A stretch of 52,886 nucleotides of DNA. It comes from an uncultured Xanthomonas sp. (GTDB lineage: Bacteria; Pseudomonadota; Gammaproteobacteria; Xanthomonadales; SZUA-5). Of the stretch, positions 9,321-18,215 are shown in pieces (position 1 is the stretch's first letter; the number at the start of each line of letters is the position of its first letter). The stretch is from positions 1 to 52,886 of the forward strand of contig CAZLSB010000002.1 in the NCBI GenBank assembly GCA_964561825.1, read 5' to 3'. The position numbers and the translations under genes were made by a program. The notes under the pieces are model-generated. The model was given only the letters and a program-made list of their open reading frames with translations. It searched no databases and was not told where the DNA came from.

Positions 9321-10505
9321 ATGAACCCCACCAGTGTACTGCCGTCGCTCTGCGCAGTCGTGGTGGCGCTCGCGTCTACGGCGTACTTGGCGCGTTTCCT
9401 ACGCCTGCCAGACCTTGCGCAACGCTATACCGCCATTGACGGCTTACGTGGTTACCTTGCGTTTTTTGTTTTTCTGCACCACGCCTGCATTTGGTATTTC
9501 TTTTTGCAGTCGGGCGAATGGCGACCGCCGCCATCTAACCTGTACACGCATTTTGGGCAAAGCAGTGTGGCGATGTTCTTCATGATCACCGGATTCTTAT
9601 TTTTTTCTAAGCTGTTGGATGGGCGACAGACCATTGACTGGTTGCGATTATTTGTTTCGCGCTTTTTGCGATTAACGCCCGCATACCTAGTGATGCTGGC
9701 GATCATGTTTGGCGTTGTGATGCTGGTTAGTGACGCTGACATTAGATCGGCCCCTGTTCAGGTATCAAAAGATGCCTTGCGCTGGATGTCGTTTACCATC
9801 CTTGGCGCTCCCGATTTGAATGGTCTTGCAGACACCTGGAGAATAACCGCCGGGGTAACCTGGAGTTTGCCTTATGAGTGGTTTTTCTATTTCTCATTGC
9901 CGCTACTGGCCTTAACTACAGGTTCTGCGGTGCCCTTGAGGTATCTTTTGCCCGCCGCAGCGGCGGTCCTAGGAATGCTTTGGGTATGGGAGCCCTTGCT
10001 ACCGCATTTTTTGTCGTTTTTGACCGGAATTATTGCCGCGCTTTGCGTGCGATCAAGTTATGTTCGCGTGCTCACTGCATCGCGATGGGCGGCCGTTTTC
10101 GCTTTTGCTTGCCTCGCCGTCATGGTAAATTATTTGCCGACCAGCAACGCCTATCTGAAAGCAATACCGCTGGCCTTGGCTTTTATTGTCATTGCGTGCG
10201 GGAATAGTCTATTCGGCCTATTGACGCATCGTTTGTCGCGAATGCTCGGTGAGATGGCCTTTAGCTTGTATTTGATGCACGGAATACTGCTTTATGTGAG
10301 CTTTAGCTTGATCTTTCGCACAGATACCATTGCCGCACTGTCCGCCGTCCAGTATTGGGCGCTGGTCATCAGCTTAATCCCTATACTTCTGGGTATTTGC
10401 GCTATGTCCACGCATTTTGTCGAACAACCCGCCATGCGCCAAACCAGTCGTTTAACCCAATGGTTGCGAGGTTCACTAACGAGGCATAAAGCGGCGCGCG
10501 ATTAG
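9321..10505 (+). CDS. Acyltransferase family 3 (OafA/YrhL-like) integral membrane protein
   Basis: 394 aa and about 10 hydrophobic helices. The N-terminal motif IDGLRGYLAFFVFLHH is typical of acyltransferase_3 O-acyltransferases. Confidence 0.8.
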   Translation: MNPTSVLPSLCAVVVALASTAYLARFLRLPDLAQRYTAIDGLRGYLAFFVFLHHACIWYFFLQSGEWRPPPSNLYTHFGQSSVAMFFMITGFLFFSKLLDGRQTIDWLRLFVSRFLRLTPAYLVMLAIMFGVVMLVSDADIRSAPVQVSKDALRWMSFTILGAPDLNGLADTWRITAGVTWSLPYEWFFYFSLPLLALTTGSAVPLRYLLPAAAAVLGMLWVWEPLLPHFLSFLTGIIAALCVRSSYVRVLTASRWAAVFAFACLAVMVNYLPTSNAYLKAIPLALAFIVIACGNSLFGLLTHRLSRMLGEMAFSLYLMHGILLYVSFSLIFRTDTIAALSAVQYWALVISLIPILLGICAMSTHFVEQPAMRQTSRLTQWLRGSLTRHKAARD

Positions 10506-11246
10506 GTGGACTAACAATGCGATGGTCAAAGCCAGGATGAATGCCGCGCCAATTCCGAGCTCCGGCAGCGTGAGCGCCAACACCGCGCAGAAACAGGCAA
10601 ACCCGAAATAGCCGTACACCATGCCACGCAACAATCGTGTGGCAAATTGCCCGCCTGATTGCCGGTGCGAGAAACCCACCAGCACTGTGCTCATGACCGG
10701 AAACATCGCCAATAGACCGCTTAGACGCGGCCCCAGATGGTTAGCGAGGTAAGTCACCAGCAGCACCAACGTGGCCGCGCTTATCAAACGCCAGGGCAGG
10801 TCGCTGGTCACCGTTTTGCCGGTGACCCAGCGCGGTACCGTCGGAAAAGCCAATGGCACCAACAACAGCGCGGCAATCACGCTCACAAATGACACGATCA
10901 GGCTGGTATCCAATTGGCGCAGCGCCAGCACGGACAGGCCGTACAGGCACAATGCAATCAACATGCAGTCCGGCCAGCTGCGGCGCTGTGCGGCCCAGGC
11001 GTAGGCCAGGCTGAAGGTCAAAATAGCCAGCACGGCGAGCAGCGTGCCGTGCGCGGCGGTCGCGGCAAACGCTGCGCCTTGCTCCAGCGCGATAAACCAC
11101 AAGATGGGTCCAGACAGGATTGGAAAGGCCGATAACCATCCCGCTACCTCCGGACCCCAGCGCCGTCCAGCCAGCGTAACCGCCAAGATCAACGTCGGTA
11201 CGAGCAATAACTTCAGCAACAATAAGGTCATAAAGCGTTCATCCAA
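10476..11246 (-). CDS. Polytopic membrane protein of unknown function with an internal duplication
   Basis: 256 aa, almost entirely hydrophobic. The motif GP-x8-FP recurs at exactly 140-aa spacing (GRRWGPEVAGWLSAFPILS vs ANHLGPRLSGLLAMFPVMS). Its 3' end overlaps the acyltransferase by 30 nt. Confidence 0.6.
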   Translation of the reverse strand: MDERFMTLLLLKLLLVPTLILAVTLAGRRWGPEVAGWLSAFPILSGPILWFIALEQGAAFAATAAHGTLLAVLAILTFSLAYAWAAQRRSWPDCMLIALCLYGLSVLALRQLDTSLIVSFVSVIAALLLVPLAFPTVPRWVTGKTVTSDLPWRLISAATLVLLVTYLANHLGPRLSGLLAMFPVMSTVLVGFSHRQSGGQFATRLLRGMVYGYFGFACFCAVLALTLPELGIGAAFILALTIALLVHLIARRFMPR

Positions 11247-11280
11247 TTGGTTTTATACCGACAGCGCCGGTGAGGCGCGG

Positions 11281-11394
11281 TGTCGATACAGGGGTTCTTC
11301 CTGCGCTTCATCGGTCGAACGCATTTGGCCGCTGCAGCGGAAGAGTCCGCGCACAGCACGGACCTTTCCTTCGATGCTTTGCGCCACTGTCAAT
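11281..11394 (+). repeat. Dispersed intergenic repeat, family R2 (copy A)
   Basis: Shares ..CTGCGCTTCATCGGTCGAACGC.TTTGGCCGCTG..GAAGAGTCCGCGC..CGGACC...GCGCCACTGTCAAT with 51514..51631 and, less closely, 52548..52664. All three are in the same orientation. Confidence 0.8.
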
Positions 11395-11505
11395 CAACAC
11401 CTTACAACTTACAACAGGGGTTCATGGAGAGCGCGACGAAGCAATCCAGACCTTGCCTGGTTTGCTTGGTCGAAGCAAAAGCAGCGGGCAAGCTCCGATT
11501 TAGCG

Positions 11506-12915
11506 CTATTTGCTCTTCTTCGGCCCCAATTTGCGGGTTAGCGTGTTGCGGCCGCAGCCTAGCCGTTTGGCGGCGTGTTGGCGATCACCACCGGTGACTT
11601 TTAGGGCTTCGTCGAACAGCACTTGCTCCAGGCTGGCTTTGGCCGCTTCGAGCAAATCAGGCTGATCGAGTTCCAGTTGTAGACGCGCCCAATCGGCCAG
11701 CGGTTTCAGCCAGCCGGCTTCAGCGGCGGGCGCGGCTGCGGCTTTGCGCACCTCGTCTGGCAAATCGCCACTCAGGATTTGCGAACCCGGCGCCATCAGC
11801 ACCAGTCGCTGGCACAAATTACGCAGCTCGCGCACATTGCCGGGCCAGCCATAGTGGGTCAGTGCGCGCACCGCGTCGACCGACAAATGTTTGGGCGAGA
11901 CGCGCATTTCGCGCGCGGTTTCCGCCAAAAAACGATCGGCTAGTCGTGGCACATCTGCGGCGCGTTCACGTAAGGCGGGCAGATGGATGCGCATGACGTC
12001 CAAACGATGCAACAAATCCGCGCGAAACTCGCCGCGTTCCACTTTGCCGCGCAAATCCTGGTGGGTTGCGGCAATCACCCGCACGTCGGCGCGAATCAAT
12101 TCGCGACCACCGACGCGGTAGAACTCACCCTCGGCCAAAACACGTAACAGACGCGTTTGTAATCCGATCGGCATATCGCCGATCTCATCGAGAAATAAGC
12201 TGCCACGTTCGGCTTGTTCAAAGCGCCCTTGATGGCGCCGCGTGGCGCCGGTGAATGCGCCTTGTTCATGGCCAAATAGTTCGCTTTCCAACAACTCGGG
12301 TGCAATCGCCGCGGTATTGAGCGCGATGAACGGACCCTTCGAGCGTGGACTATGGCGATGCAGCGCGCGGGCGATCAGTTCTTTACCGGTGCCTGTTTCG
12401 CCGGTGATCAGCACCGACAAATCGGCGCGCGACAGTTTGCCAATCGCGCGGAATACTTCGCGCATCGCTGGCGTATCACCGACCAAACCCTCATCCGACC
12501 AATCCGTCTCGGCGGCCGGCGCTTCGCGTGCCGTCGCGCGCCTAGCCATATCAATGGCGCTGTCGATATCAAAAGGCTTGGGCAAATAATCGAATGCACC
12601 GCGGTGAAAGGCCGCGACCGTGCTGGGCAAATCGGTGTAGGCACTCATCACCACCACCGGCACTTGTGGTGCGCGTTGGCTGAGTTTCTCCATGAAGGCC
12701 ATGCCATCCATGCCGGGCATGCGCACATCGGTGAACACCAGATCGGGGGTGCGACTGGCGAGCGCGCGCAGTGCCGGCTCAGCCGCATCAAAACTCTCGA
12801 CCATAAAACCGGCGCCCGCGAAAGCTTTTTCTAGAACAAAGCGGATCGAGCGATCGTCATCGACCAGCCAGACCACGCGACGCGGACCACTGCGGACTTG
12901 CGGTAGCGCACTCAT
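11506..12915 (-). CDS. glnG: Nitrogen regulation protein NR(I), sigma-54-dependent response regulator
   Basis: 469 aa. Receiver domain, AAA+ domain with GETGTGKE and GAFTGA, and a C-terminal HTH. Its start overlaps the ntrB stop (ATGA). Confidence 0.92.
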   Translation of the reverse strand: MSALPQVRSGPRRVVWLVDDDRSIRFVLEKAFAGAGFMVESFDAAEPALRALASRTPDLVFTDVRMPGMDGMAFMEKLSQRAPQVPVVVMSAYTDLPSTVAAFHRGAFDYLPKPFDIDSAIDMARRATAREAPAAETDWSDEGLVGDTPAMREVFRAIGKLSRADLSVLITGETGTGKELIARALHRHSPRSKGPFIALNTAAIAPELLESELFGHEQGAFTGATRRHQGRFEQAERGSLFLDEIGDMPIGLQTRLLRVLAEGEFYRVGGRELIRADVRVIAATHQDLRGKVERGEFRADLLHRLDVMRIHLPALRERAADVPRLADRFLAETAREMRVSPKHLSVDAVRALTHYGWPGNVRELRNLCQRLVLMAPGSQILSGDLPDEVRKAAAAPAAEAGWLKPLADWARLQLELDQPDLLEAAKASLEQVLFDEALKVTGGDRQHAAKRLGCGRNTLTRKLGPKKSK

Positions 12916-14045
12916 GGGGTCACCGGGATCAACAAACTGAAGGTGGTGGCGCCGGGGCGGCTGATAAATGCCAGCGTGCCACCGTGCTCACGGGCAATCG
13001 CCAAGGCCACCGGCAAACCCAAACCCGTGCCCTCATCGCGACCGGTTACAAAGGGCAAAAACAGACTCTCACGCAGGGCGTCCGGCACACCGCCGCCGTC
13101 GTCACACACATCGATGCGCAAGGCGAGTCGACAACTTTTGTCGCCGATGCGCGCGCGCCGCTCGGCACGGGTGCGTAAACGAATGCTGCGAGCGCCCGAT
13201 TGCAAGGCATTGCGGGCCAAATTCAGCAGCGCCTGGGTCAATCGATCCGGGTCGCCGTCGATATCCGGCAGGCTGGGATCGTAATCGCGAATCACTTCGG
13301 TGCGCGCGCCGGCTTCGGCGCCGATCAAGGTACGCACGCGTTCCAAAACCTCGTGTACGTTGAACGACTGACCGGCGTGCGCTACATCGGGCCTTTGCAG
13401 CAGACGATCGACCAAACGCCGGATACGATCGGCCTCGGCGCGGATTACCTGCGTGTATTCCTTCAAGGCTTTACTGGGTAGCTCGCGTTCTAACAATTGC
13501 GCCGCGCCATGCAGCCCGGCGAGTGGATTTTTAATTTCGTGTGCTAAAGCGCGCGCCATTTGCTGGGCCGCCGGTTCCGGGGTGGATACCACGCCTTCAC
13601 CCAGATCTTGATCGTGTTCGGCCAGCGCGTGCAGTTCAATCAGCACGGTACTTTCGCTGCGCCATAGGATCGGCGTCAGCGCGACATCGTAGCGTTTGGG
13701 CGTGTCACGTTTGAGTTCGAGCAATAAGCGGCGGGCGACGATGCGCTCGCGCTGGTCAAATACGCGCTTAACCAAACTGGCCAGGATGTCAGTGCCGAGC
13801 GCCAGATCAGCGACCCGTGTGCCAACGATGCGTCGCTCGCAGTAGGTTTCGATCAGCGCGCCATTGGCGTGCACGATGCGCAGCTGGCGATCGGCAATTG
13901 CCAGCGGCGTGTGTAATTGGTCGAGCAGCGCATCGCCATCGGATGCGCTGCTCGTTTTAGCTTCCAAAGCCGGCGCTGGTGCACGCACCGCGGCGGTCAA
14001 ACCGACCACCCCACGCGCCAGAGCCCGCACCAGTCGCGTGGCCAT
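12912..14045 (-). CDS. glnL: Nitrogen regulation sensor histidine kinase NR(II)
   Basis: 377 aa. N-terminal PAS-like region, H-box HEIKNPLAGLHGAAQLL, and N/G boxes (LNLARNALQ, GTGLGL). It sits between glnA and ntrC. Confidence 0.9.
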   Translation of the reverse strand: MATRLVRALARGVVGLTAAVRAPAPALEAKTSSASDGDALLDQLHTPLAIADRQLRIVHANGALIETYCERRIVGTRVADLALGTDILASLVKRVFDQRERIVARRLLLELKRDTPKRYDVALTPILWRSESTVLIELHALAEHDQDLGEGVVSTPEPAAQQMARALAHEIKNPLAGLHGAAQLLERELPSKALKEYTQVIRAEADRIRRLVDRLLQRPDVAHAGQSFNVHEVLERVRTLIGAEAGARTEVIRDYDPSLPDIDGDPDRLTQALLNLARNALQSGARSIRLRTRAERRARIGDKSCRLALRIDVCDDGGGVPDALRESLFLPFVTGRDEGTGLGLPVALAIAREHGGTLAFISRPGATTFSLLIPVTP

Positions 14046-14052
14046 ATCGGCA

Positions 14053-15462
14053 TCAGATCGAGTAGTACTGCAAAACCTCGACTGGATGCGTGTGCATCCG
14101 CAGCGTGGTGACTTCCTTCATTTTCAGGTCGATATAACCATCAATGAAATCGTCGCTCATCACGCCGCCCGCCTTGAGGAACTCGCGATCCTTATCCAGT
14201 GCTTCCAGGGCCTGGTCCAAGGAATGGCACACGGTCGGGATGAGCTTTTCTTCTTCCGGCGGCAAATCGTACAAATCCTTATCGGACGGCGCGCCCGGAT
14301 CGAGTTTGTTCTTGATGCCATCCAGACCCGCCATCATCAACGCGGTGAAGGTCAAATAACCGGAGTTGATGGCATCCGGGAAGCGCACTTCAATACGACG
14401 CGACTTTGGATTACTGACCCACGGAATCCGGCAGGATGCGGAGCGATTACGCGCCGAATAAGCGAGCAGCACCGGCGCTTCAAAGCCCGGAACTAAGCGC
14501 TTGTAGCTATTGGTACCCGAGTTGGTGAAGGCATTCACGGCGCGCGCGTGTTTGAACACGCCGGCGATGTAATGCAGCGCCATTTTCGACAAACCACCGT
14601 ACTCATTACCGCTGAACAGATTCTTGCCACCCTTGGCAATCGACTGATGCACGTGCATGCCGCTGCCGTTGTCGCCAACCAGCGGCTTGGGCATGAAGGT
14701 CGCGGTATGCCCGTGCTGGTGAGCAATGTTTTTCACCACGTATTTCAGGGTCAGCAGCTCATCGGCTTTTTTGACCAGCGTATTGAACCGCGTGCCGATT
14801 TCGCACTGGCCGCCGGTGGCTACTTCAGAGTGATGCACCTCAACCGGGATGCCCAGAGCTTCTAAGGTCAAACACATCGCCGAACGCAAATCTTGGAAAG
14901 CGTCGACCGGACCGGTGGGGAAATAACCGCCCTTTACCCCTGGGCGATGGCCGGTATTGCCATGTTCGTAGGATTTGCCGCTGTTCCACGCGCCCTGCTC
15001 GGATTCGATCTCATAAAAGCTGCCATTGATTGAGGCATTCGAACGCACGCTGTCGAAGATGAAAAATTCCGGCTCCGGACCAAAAAACGCCGTATCACCC
15101 ACGCCAGCGGCCTTCAAGTACGCCTCGGCGCGTTTGGCAATGCCACGCGGACAACGCGAATACGGCTGCATGGTCGACGGCTCAAGCACGTCGCAGCGTA
15201 AGACCAGCGTCGATTCTTCGGCGAACGGATCGAGGAACACCGTGGAGGCGTCCGGTAACAACACCATGTCCGACTCGTTAATGCCCTTCCAGCCGGCAAT
15301 CGACGAACCGTCAAACATCTTGCCGTCTTCAAATACGGAGTCATCCACGGTGCTAGCCGGGATGCACAAGTGTTGCTCACGACCACTCATATCAGCGAAG
15401 CGCAAATCGGCGAACTTGACGCCATTGTCCTTGATCAGTTTTTTTACTTTTTCGACCGACAT
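14053..15462 (-). CDS. glnA: Glutamine synthetase type I
   Basis: ATG at 15462 ([22 protein letters not shown]) is preceded by GGAGG. GS-I motifs are present (FDGSSI, MHVHQS, and the adenylylation-loop region NLYDLP-like DLYDLPPEE). Confidence 0.95.
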   Translation of the reverse strand: MSVEKVKKLIKDNGVKFADLRFADMSGREQHLCIPASTVDDSVFEDGKMFDGSSIAGWKGINESDMVLLPDASTVFLDPFAEESTLVLRCDVLEPSTMQPYSRCPRGIAKRAEAYLKAAGVGDTAFFGPEPEFFIFDSVRSNASINGSFYEIESEQGAWNSGKSYEHGNTGHRPGVKGGYFPTGPVDAFQDLRSAMCLTLEALGIPVEVHHSEVATGGQCEIGTRFNTLVKKADELLTLKYVVKNIAHQHGHTATFMPKPLVGDNGSGMHVHQSIAKGGKNLFSGNEYGGLSKMALHYIAGVFKHARAVNAFTNSGTNSYKRLVPGFEAPVLLAYSARNRSASCRIPWVSNPKSRRIEVRFPDAINSGYLTFTALMMAGLDGIKNKLDPGAPSDKDLYDLPPEEEKLIPTVCHSLDQALEALDKDREFLKAGGVMSDDFIDGYIDLKMKEVTTLRMHTHPVEVLQYYSI

Positions 15463-15506
15463 CGAGAGCCTCCAAAGGCGATAAGTGGGAAATGCCCAAA
15501 GCACAC

Positions 15507-15522
15507 AGCAATCGCTGTGCCA
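15507..15522 (-). promoter_or_regulatory. Sigma-54 (-24/-12) promoter of glnA (glnAp2 type)
   Basis: The minus strand reads TGGCAC-AGCGA-TTGCT, matching TGGCAC-N5-TTGCW. It lies about 45 nt upstream of the glnA ATG. Confidence 0.85.
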
Positions 15523-15563
15523 AGCACGAAAGCGCCAGAAATCAAGGCCACGCCATCGGCATG

Positions 15564-15580
15564 CGCATCATTAGGGTGCA
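15564..15580. promoter_or_regulatory. NtrC binding site (weaker second site)
   Basis: The minus strand reads TGCACC-CTAAT-GATGCG. One half-site is perfect and the other matches 4 of 6 positions. Confidence 0.45.
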
Positions 15581-15594
15581 AATCATTGAGCAAT

Positions 15595-15611
15595 TGCACC
15601 ACTCGGGTGCT
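15595..15611. promoter_or_regulatory. NtrC binding site (strong)
   Basis: TGCACC-ACTCG-GGTGCT matches the consensus TGCACC-N5-GGTGCA at 11 of 12 positions. It lies about 100 nt upstream of the sigma-54 promoter. Confidence 0.75.
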
Positions 15612-15741
15612 GCGGGCGAACTTCCGCCAACGCGGCTTACAGTGGGTGCGCGATTGCGGTGCAGGCGAGGGCGTGCAATTTAGGAAACATCCGGGCTAGC
15701 TTTGCGCGCTGCGGCCAAACCGGCCCACCAGGAGTTGCGAC

Positions 15742-16401
15742 ATGAGCAAAACGCCAGACGGAACCTCCATTGCTGAGATTTGGCGTATTCGGCTGGCGGA
15801 TGGCTTGCGTCAGCTGGCGTGCCCGCTGGATGCCAGCACGCAGCAGCATTTGCTGGAATACATTGCCCTGCTGGTGCAATGGAACGCCGCTTACAACTTA
15901 ACCGCGGTGCGTGAGCCATTGGCGATGATTGATCGACACTTGATCGATGCGCTGGCGGTGTTGCCGTATGCACTAGAGCGCGATCTGGCTGATATTGGCA
16001 GCGGTCCCGGCATTCCCGGATTGGTGTTGGCCATGGTGCAGCCTTACCAGCGGGTGTGGTTGGTCGACAGTAACGGCAAAAAGGCGCGCTTCCTGCGCGA
16101 ATGTGTGCGGCGCTTGCCGTTGCCGCAGGTCAGCGTTTACGAGCAACGCGCCCAGGCCTTGCCGCAGGGCGCCGGTTTTACCCAGGTAGTCTCGCGCGCC
16201 TACGCTGAGTTGAGCGATTTTGTGCAAAGCACGCGGCAGATCATTGCGCCGGATGGCCGCTGGCTGGCTCTGAAGGGCAAGCGCCCAGACGCCGAAATAG
16301 CGCGCCTGCCAGAGGATATTGAGGTCACCGGCGTGCATCCGCTGCGTGTTCCTGGCGCTGACGGCGAACGCCATCTGGTGCTCATGCGCCTGCGCCAGTA
16401 A
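15742..16401 (+). CDS. rsmG: 16S rRNA (guanine527-N7)-methyltransferase
   Basis: 219 aa. Contains LLVQWNAAYNLTAVREP and the SAM motif DIGSGPGIPGLVLA. Confidence 0.9.
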   Translation: MSKTPDGTSIAEIWRIRLADGLRQLACPLDASTQQHLLEYIALLVQWNAAYNLTAVREPLAMIDRHLIDALAVLPYALERDLADIGSGPGIPGLVLAMVQPYQRVWLVDSNGKKARFLRECVRRLPLPQVSVYEQRAQALPQGAGFTQVVSRAYAELSDFVQSTRQIIAPDGRWLALKGKRPDAEIARLPEDIEVTGVHPLRVPGADGERHLVLMRLRQ

Positions 16402-16427
16402 CCGTAATGCTCCTCAATTGGCTGCGC

Positions 16428-16441
16428 TTTGACGCCGGTCA
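16428..16441. promoter_or_regulatory. FNR/FixK-type palindrome TTGAC-N4-GTCAA
   Basis: TTGACGCCGGTCAA fits TTGA-N6-TCAA. It is located in the rsmG-usp intergenic region, about 200 nt upstream of the usp ATG. Confidence 0.4.
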
Positions 16442-16635
16442 ATGGCTTTCCCTACAGTGTGGGTAGATTGGCGCTGCGCGTCGAAGACTGCCGTTGGAAG
16501 CGCCACACACCGCAGTGAGCGCTCCGAGCGCAACGCGCCCGGAGCGCTTGGAGGCGGAATGTGGCGGTCTACACATGAGCATTTCGAGCCCCGCGCAAGG
16601 CCGCAATCGGACCGCAGGTTTCTGGAGCTTCTGAC

Positions 16636-17082
16636 ATGTACAAGCACATTCTGGTCCCATTAGACGGCGCTACCTTGTCCGAATTGGCAGCCGCACATGC
16701 GGTGCGTCTGGCCAAAGTGCTGGGTTCCAGGATCAGCTTGTTGCATGTCATTAGCCGATTCGATTCAGACACCGACCATGCAGTCCCGCTGCTGGCGTCA
16801 ACTGCGAAGGAAGCTTTCCAATTGAGCGCGATCGGTGAGGCTGAGGCGATTTTGTCGGCCGGTGCGCGGTTAGGGCGCGCGCATGGTGTGGCCATGGAGG
16901 GTTATTTTGTTTTCGCGCGCAATCCCTACGAGGCCATCATCGAGGAAGCCCGGGCCCGCCACTGTGAGCTCATTGTGATGGCCTCGCATGGGCGCCGCGG
17001 TCTGGAGGCGCTGTTATTGGGTAGCGAGACGCAAAAGGTGCTGACCCACTGCCAGATTCCAGTTTTGGTTGTGCGCGGCTGA
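16636..17082 (+). CDS. Universal stress protein (UspA family)
   Basis: 148 aa. Starts MYKHILVPLDGS-like (MYKHILVPLDGAT) and ends with the ATP-binding motif MASHGRRGLEALLLGSETQKVL. Confidence 0.88.
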   Translation: MYKHILVPLDGATLSELAAAHAVRLAKVLGSRISLLHVISRFDSDTDHAVPLLASTAKEAFQLSAIGEAEAILSAGARLGRAHGVAMEGYFVFARNPYEAIIEEARARHCELIVMASHGRRGLEALLLGSETQKVLTHCQIPVLVVRG

Positions 17083-17403
17083 GTGGATCAGCTCATGAAG
17101 CCTCTGGCGAAACTGCAAATCAGCGATTTCCGAGACGCTTTGTTGGCGCGGGAAGCGGTCTTGGCGAAGCTAGAGGCGGATGCACCGCGCACCGGCAGCG
17201 TCGATCTAGTCAGTGCTCTGCGAATTGCCCAACTCCAATGCGCACAACAAGAACTGGCTGCCGTGCATGCTGCGCTGGGTCGTTTGGATCGCGGCAGTTT
17301 TGGACGTTGCCTTAGCTGTGGGGCGCGTTTACCGTTGGAACGCTTGCGCGTTATGCCGGCAGCCCAGCTGTGTGAGGTCTGCCAATCTCGTGAGTCCGGA
17401 TAA
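17083..17403 (+). CDS. TraR/DksA family C4 zinc-finger protein
   Basis: Contains CLSCGARLPLERLRVMPAAQLCEVC (CxxC-N17-CxxC) after a coiled-coil-like N-terminus. The GTG at 17083 abuts the usp stop; an alternative ATG lies at 17095. Confidence 0.75.
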   Translation: MDQLMKPLAKLQISDFRDALLAREAVLAKLEADAPRTGSVDLVSALRIAQLQCAQQELAAVHAALGRLDRGSFGRCLSCGARLPLERLRVMPAAQLCEVCQSRESG

Positions 17404-17492
17404 AAATTAACGCCTGAGCTGCGCAAGTCTTACCTCGGTCTTCGTTTACGGTCACACTCTGTGGCCCAAAAACGCAGGCTCAGTCGTAGCGC

Positions 17493-18209
17493 ATGACTTT
17501 GGCAGCGCAAATTCTGATCGTTGATGATGAAGCCGATATTCGGCAAATGCTGCGGATTTATCTCAGCGCGCAGGGTTTTCGTACCATGGATGCGGACACT
17601 GCGGCGGCAGCACGGCTATCCCTGGAGCGACACTCACCCGACTTGGCGCTCGTCGATTTGGGCTTGCCGGATGAGGATGGCCTGACGCTCATTCGACAAA
17701 TTCGCGAGCGCTATCGATTGCCGATCATCATCTTGACTGGTCGCGGCGACACGATTGATAAAATTGTTGGCCTGGAAATTGGCGCCGACGACTACGTTAC
17801 CAAACCCTTTGACCTGCGCGAACTGCTAGCGCGCATTAAAAGCGTGCTGCGGCGCAGCGAAGAGTTGCCACGCGAGGCGCCGACACCCACGTTGCTGCGC
17901 TTTGATCACTTTGAACTGCACCTCAAAGAACACCGGTTGGCGAACCGCGACGGTGAGCAAATTGCGCTGACCTATGGCGAATTCAAACTGCTGGCAGCGT
18001 TGGCACAACGCCCACAACAAGCGCTAACGCGCGACGATATCTTGGATCTGACCCACGGCCGCGAAGCCGGTGCTTATGACCGTACCGTAGACATGCAGAT
18101 CACCCGACTACGCCGTAAGTTAGGCGACGATCCAAAACTGCCGAGCCTGATTCGATCCGTGCGTGGCGTGGGATATATGTTGGCCTGTGTCGTGACGTCG
18201 CACAACTGA
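17493..18209 (+). CDS. OmpR/PhoB family response regulator
   Basis: 238 aa. Receiver domain (ILIVDDE..., LVDLGLPDEDG, KPF) followed by a winged helix (LTYGEFKLLAAL..., IRSVRGVGYML). Confidence 0.9.
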   Translation: MTLAAQILIVDDEADIRQMLRIYLSAQGFRTMDADTAAAARLSLERHSPDLALVDLGLPDEDGLTLIRQIRERYRLPIIILTGRGDTIDKIVGLEIGADDYVTKPFDLRELLARIKSVLRRSEELPREAPTPTLLRFDHFELHLKEHRLANRDGEQIALTYGEFKLLAALAQRPQQALTRDDILDLTHGREAGAYDRTVDMQITRLRRKLGDDPKLPSLIRSVRGVGYMLACVVTSHN

Positions 18210-18215
18210 GCCCGG

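Noticed and set aside
11381-11394. GCCACTG in the R2 repeat (copies A and B) resembles the B12-box of cobalamin riboswitches.
   Set aside because: The rest of the riboswitch core (GGGAA / GGTG..AA.TC elements and the expected helices) is absent. Copy C lacks the motif, and no downstream gene is B12-related.
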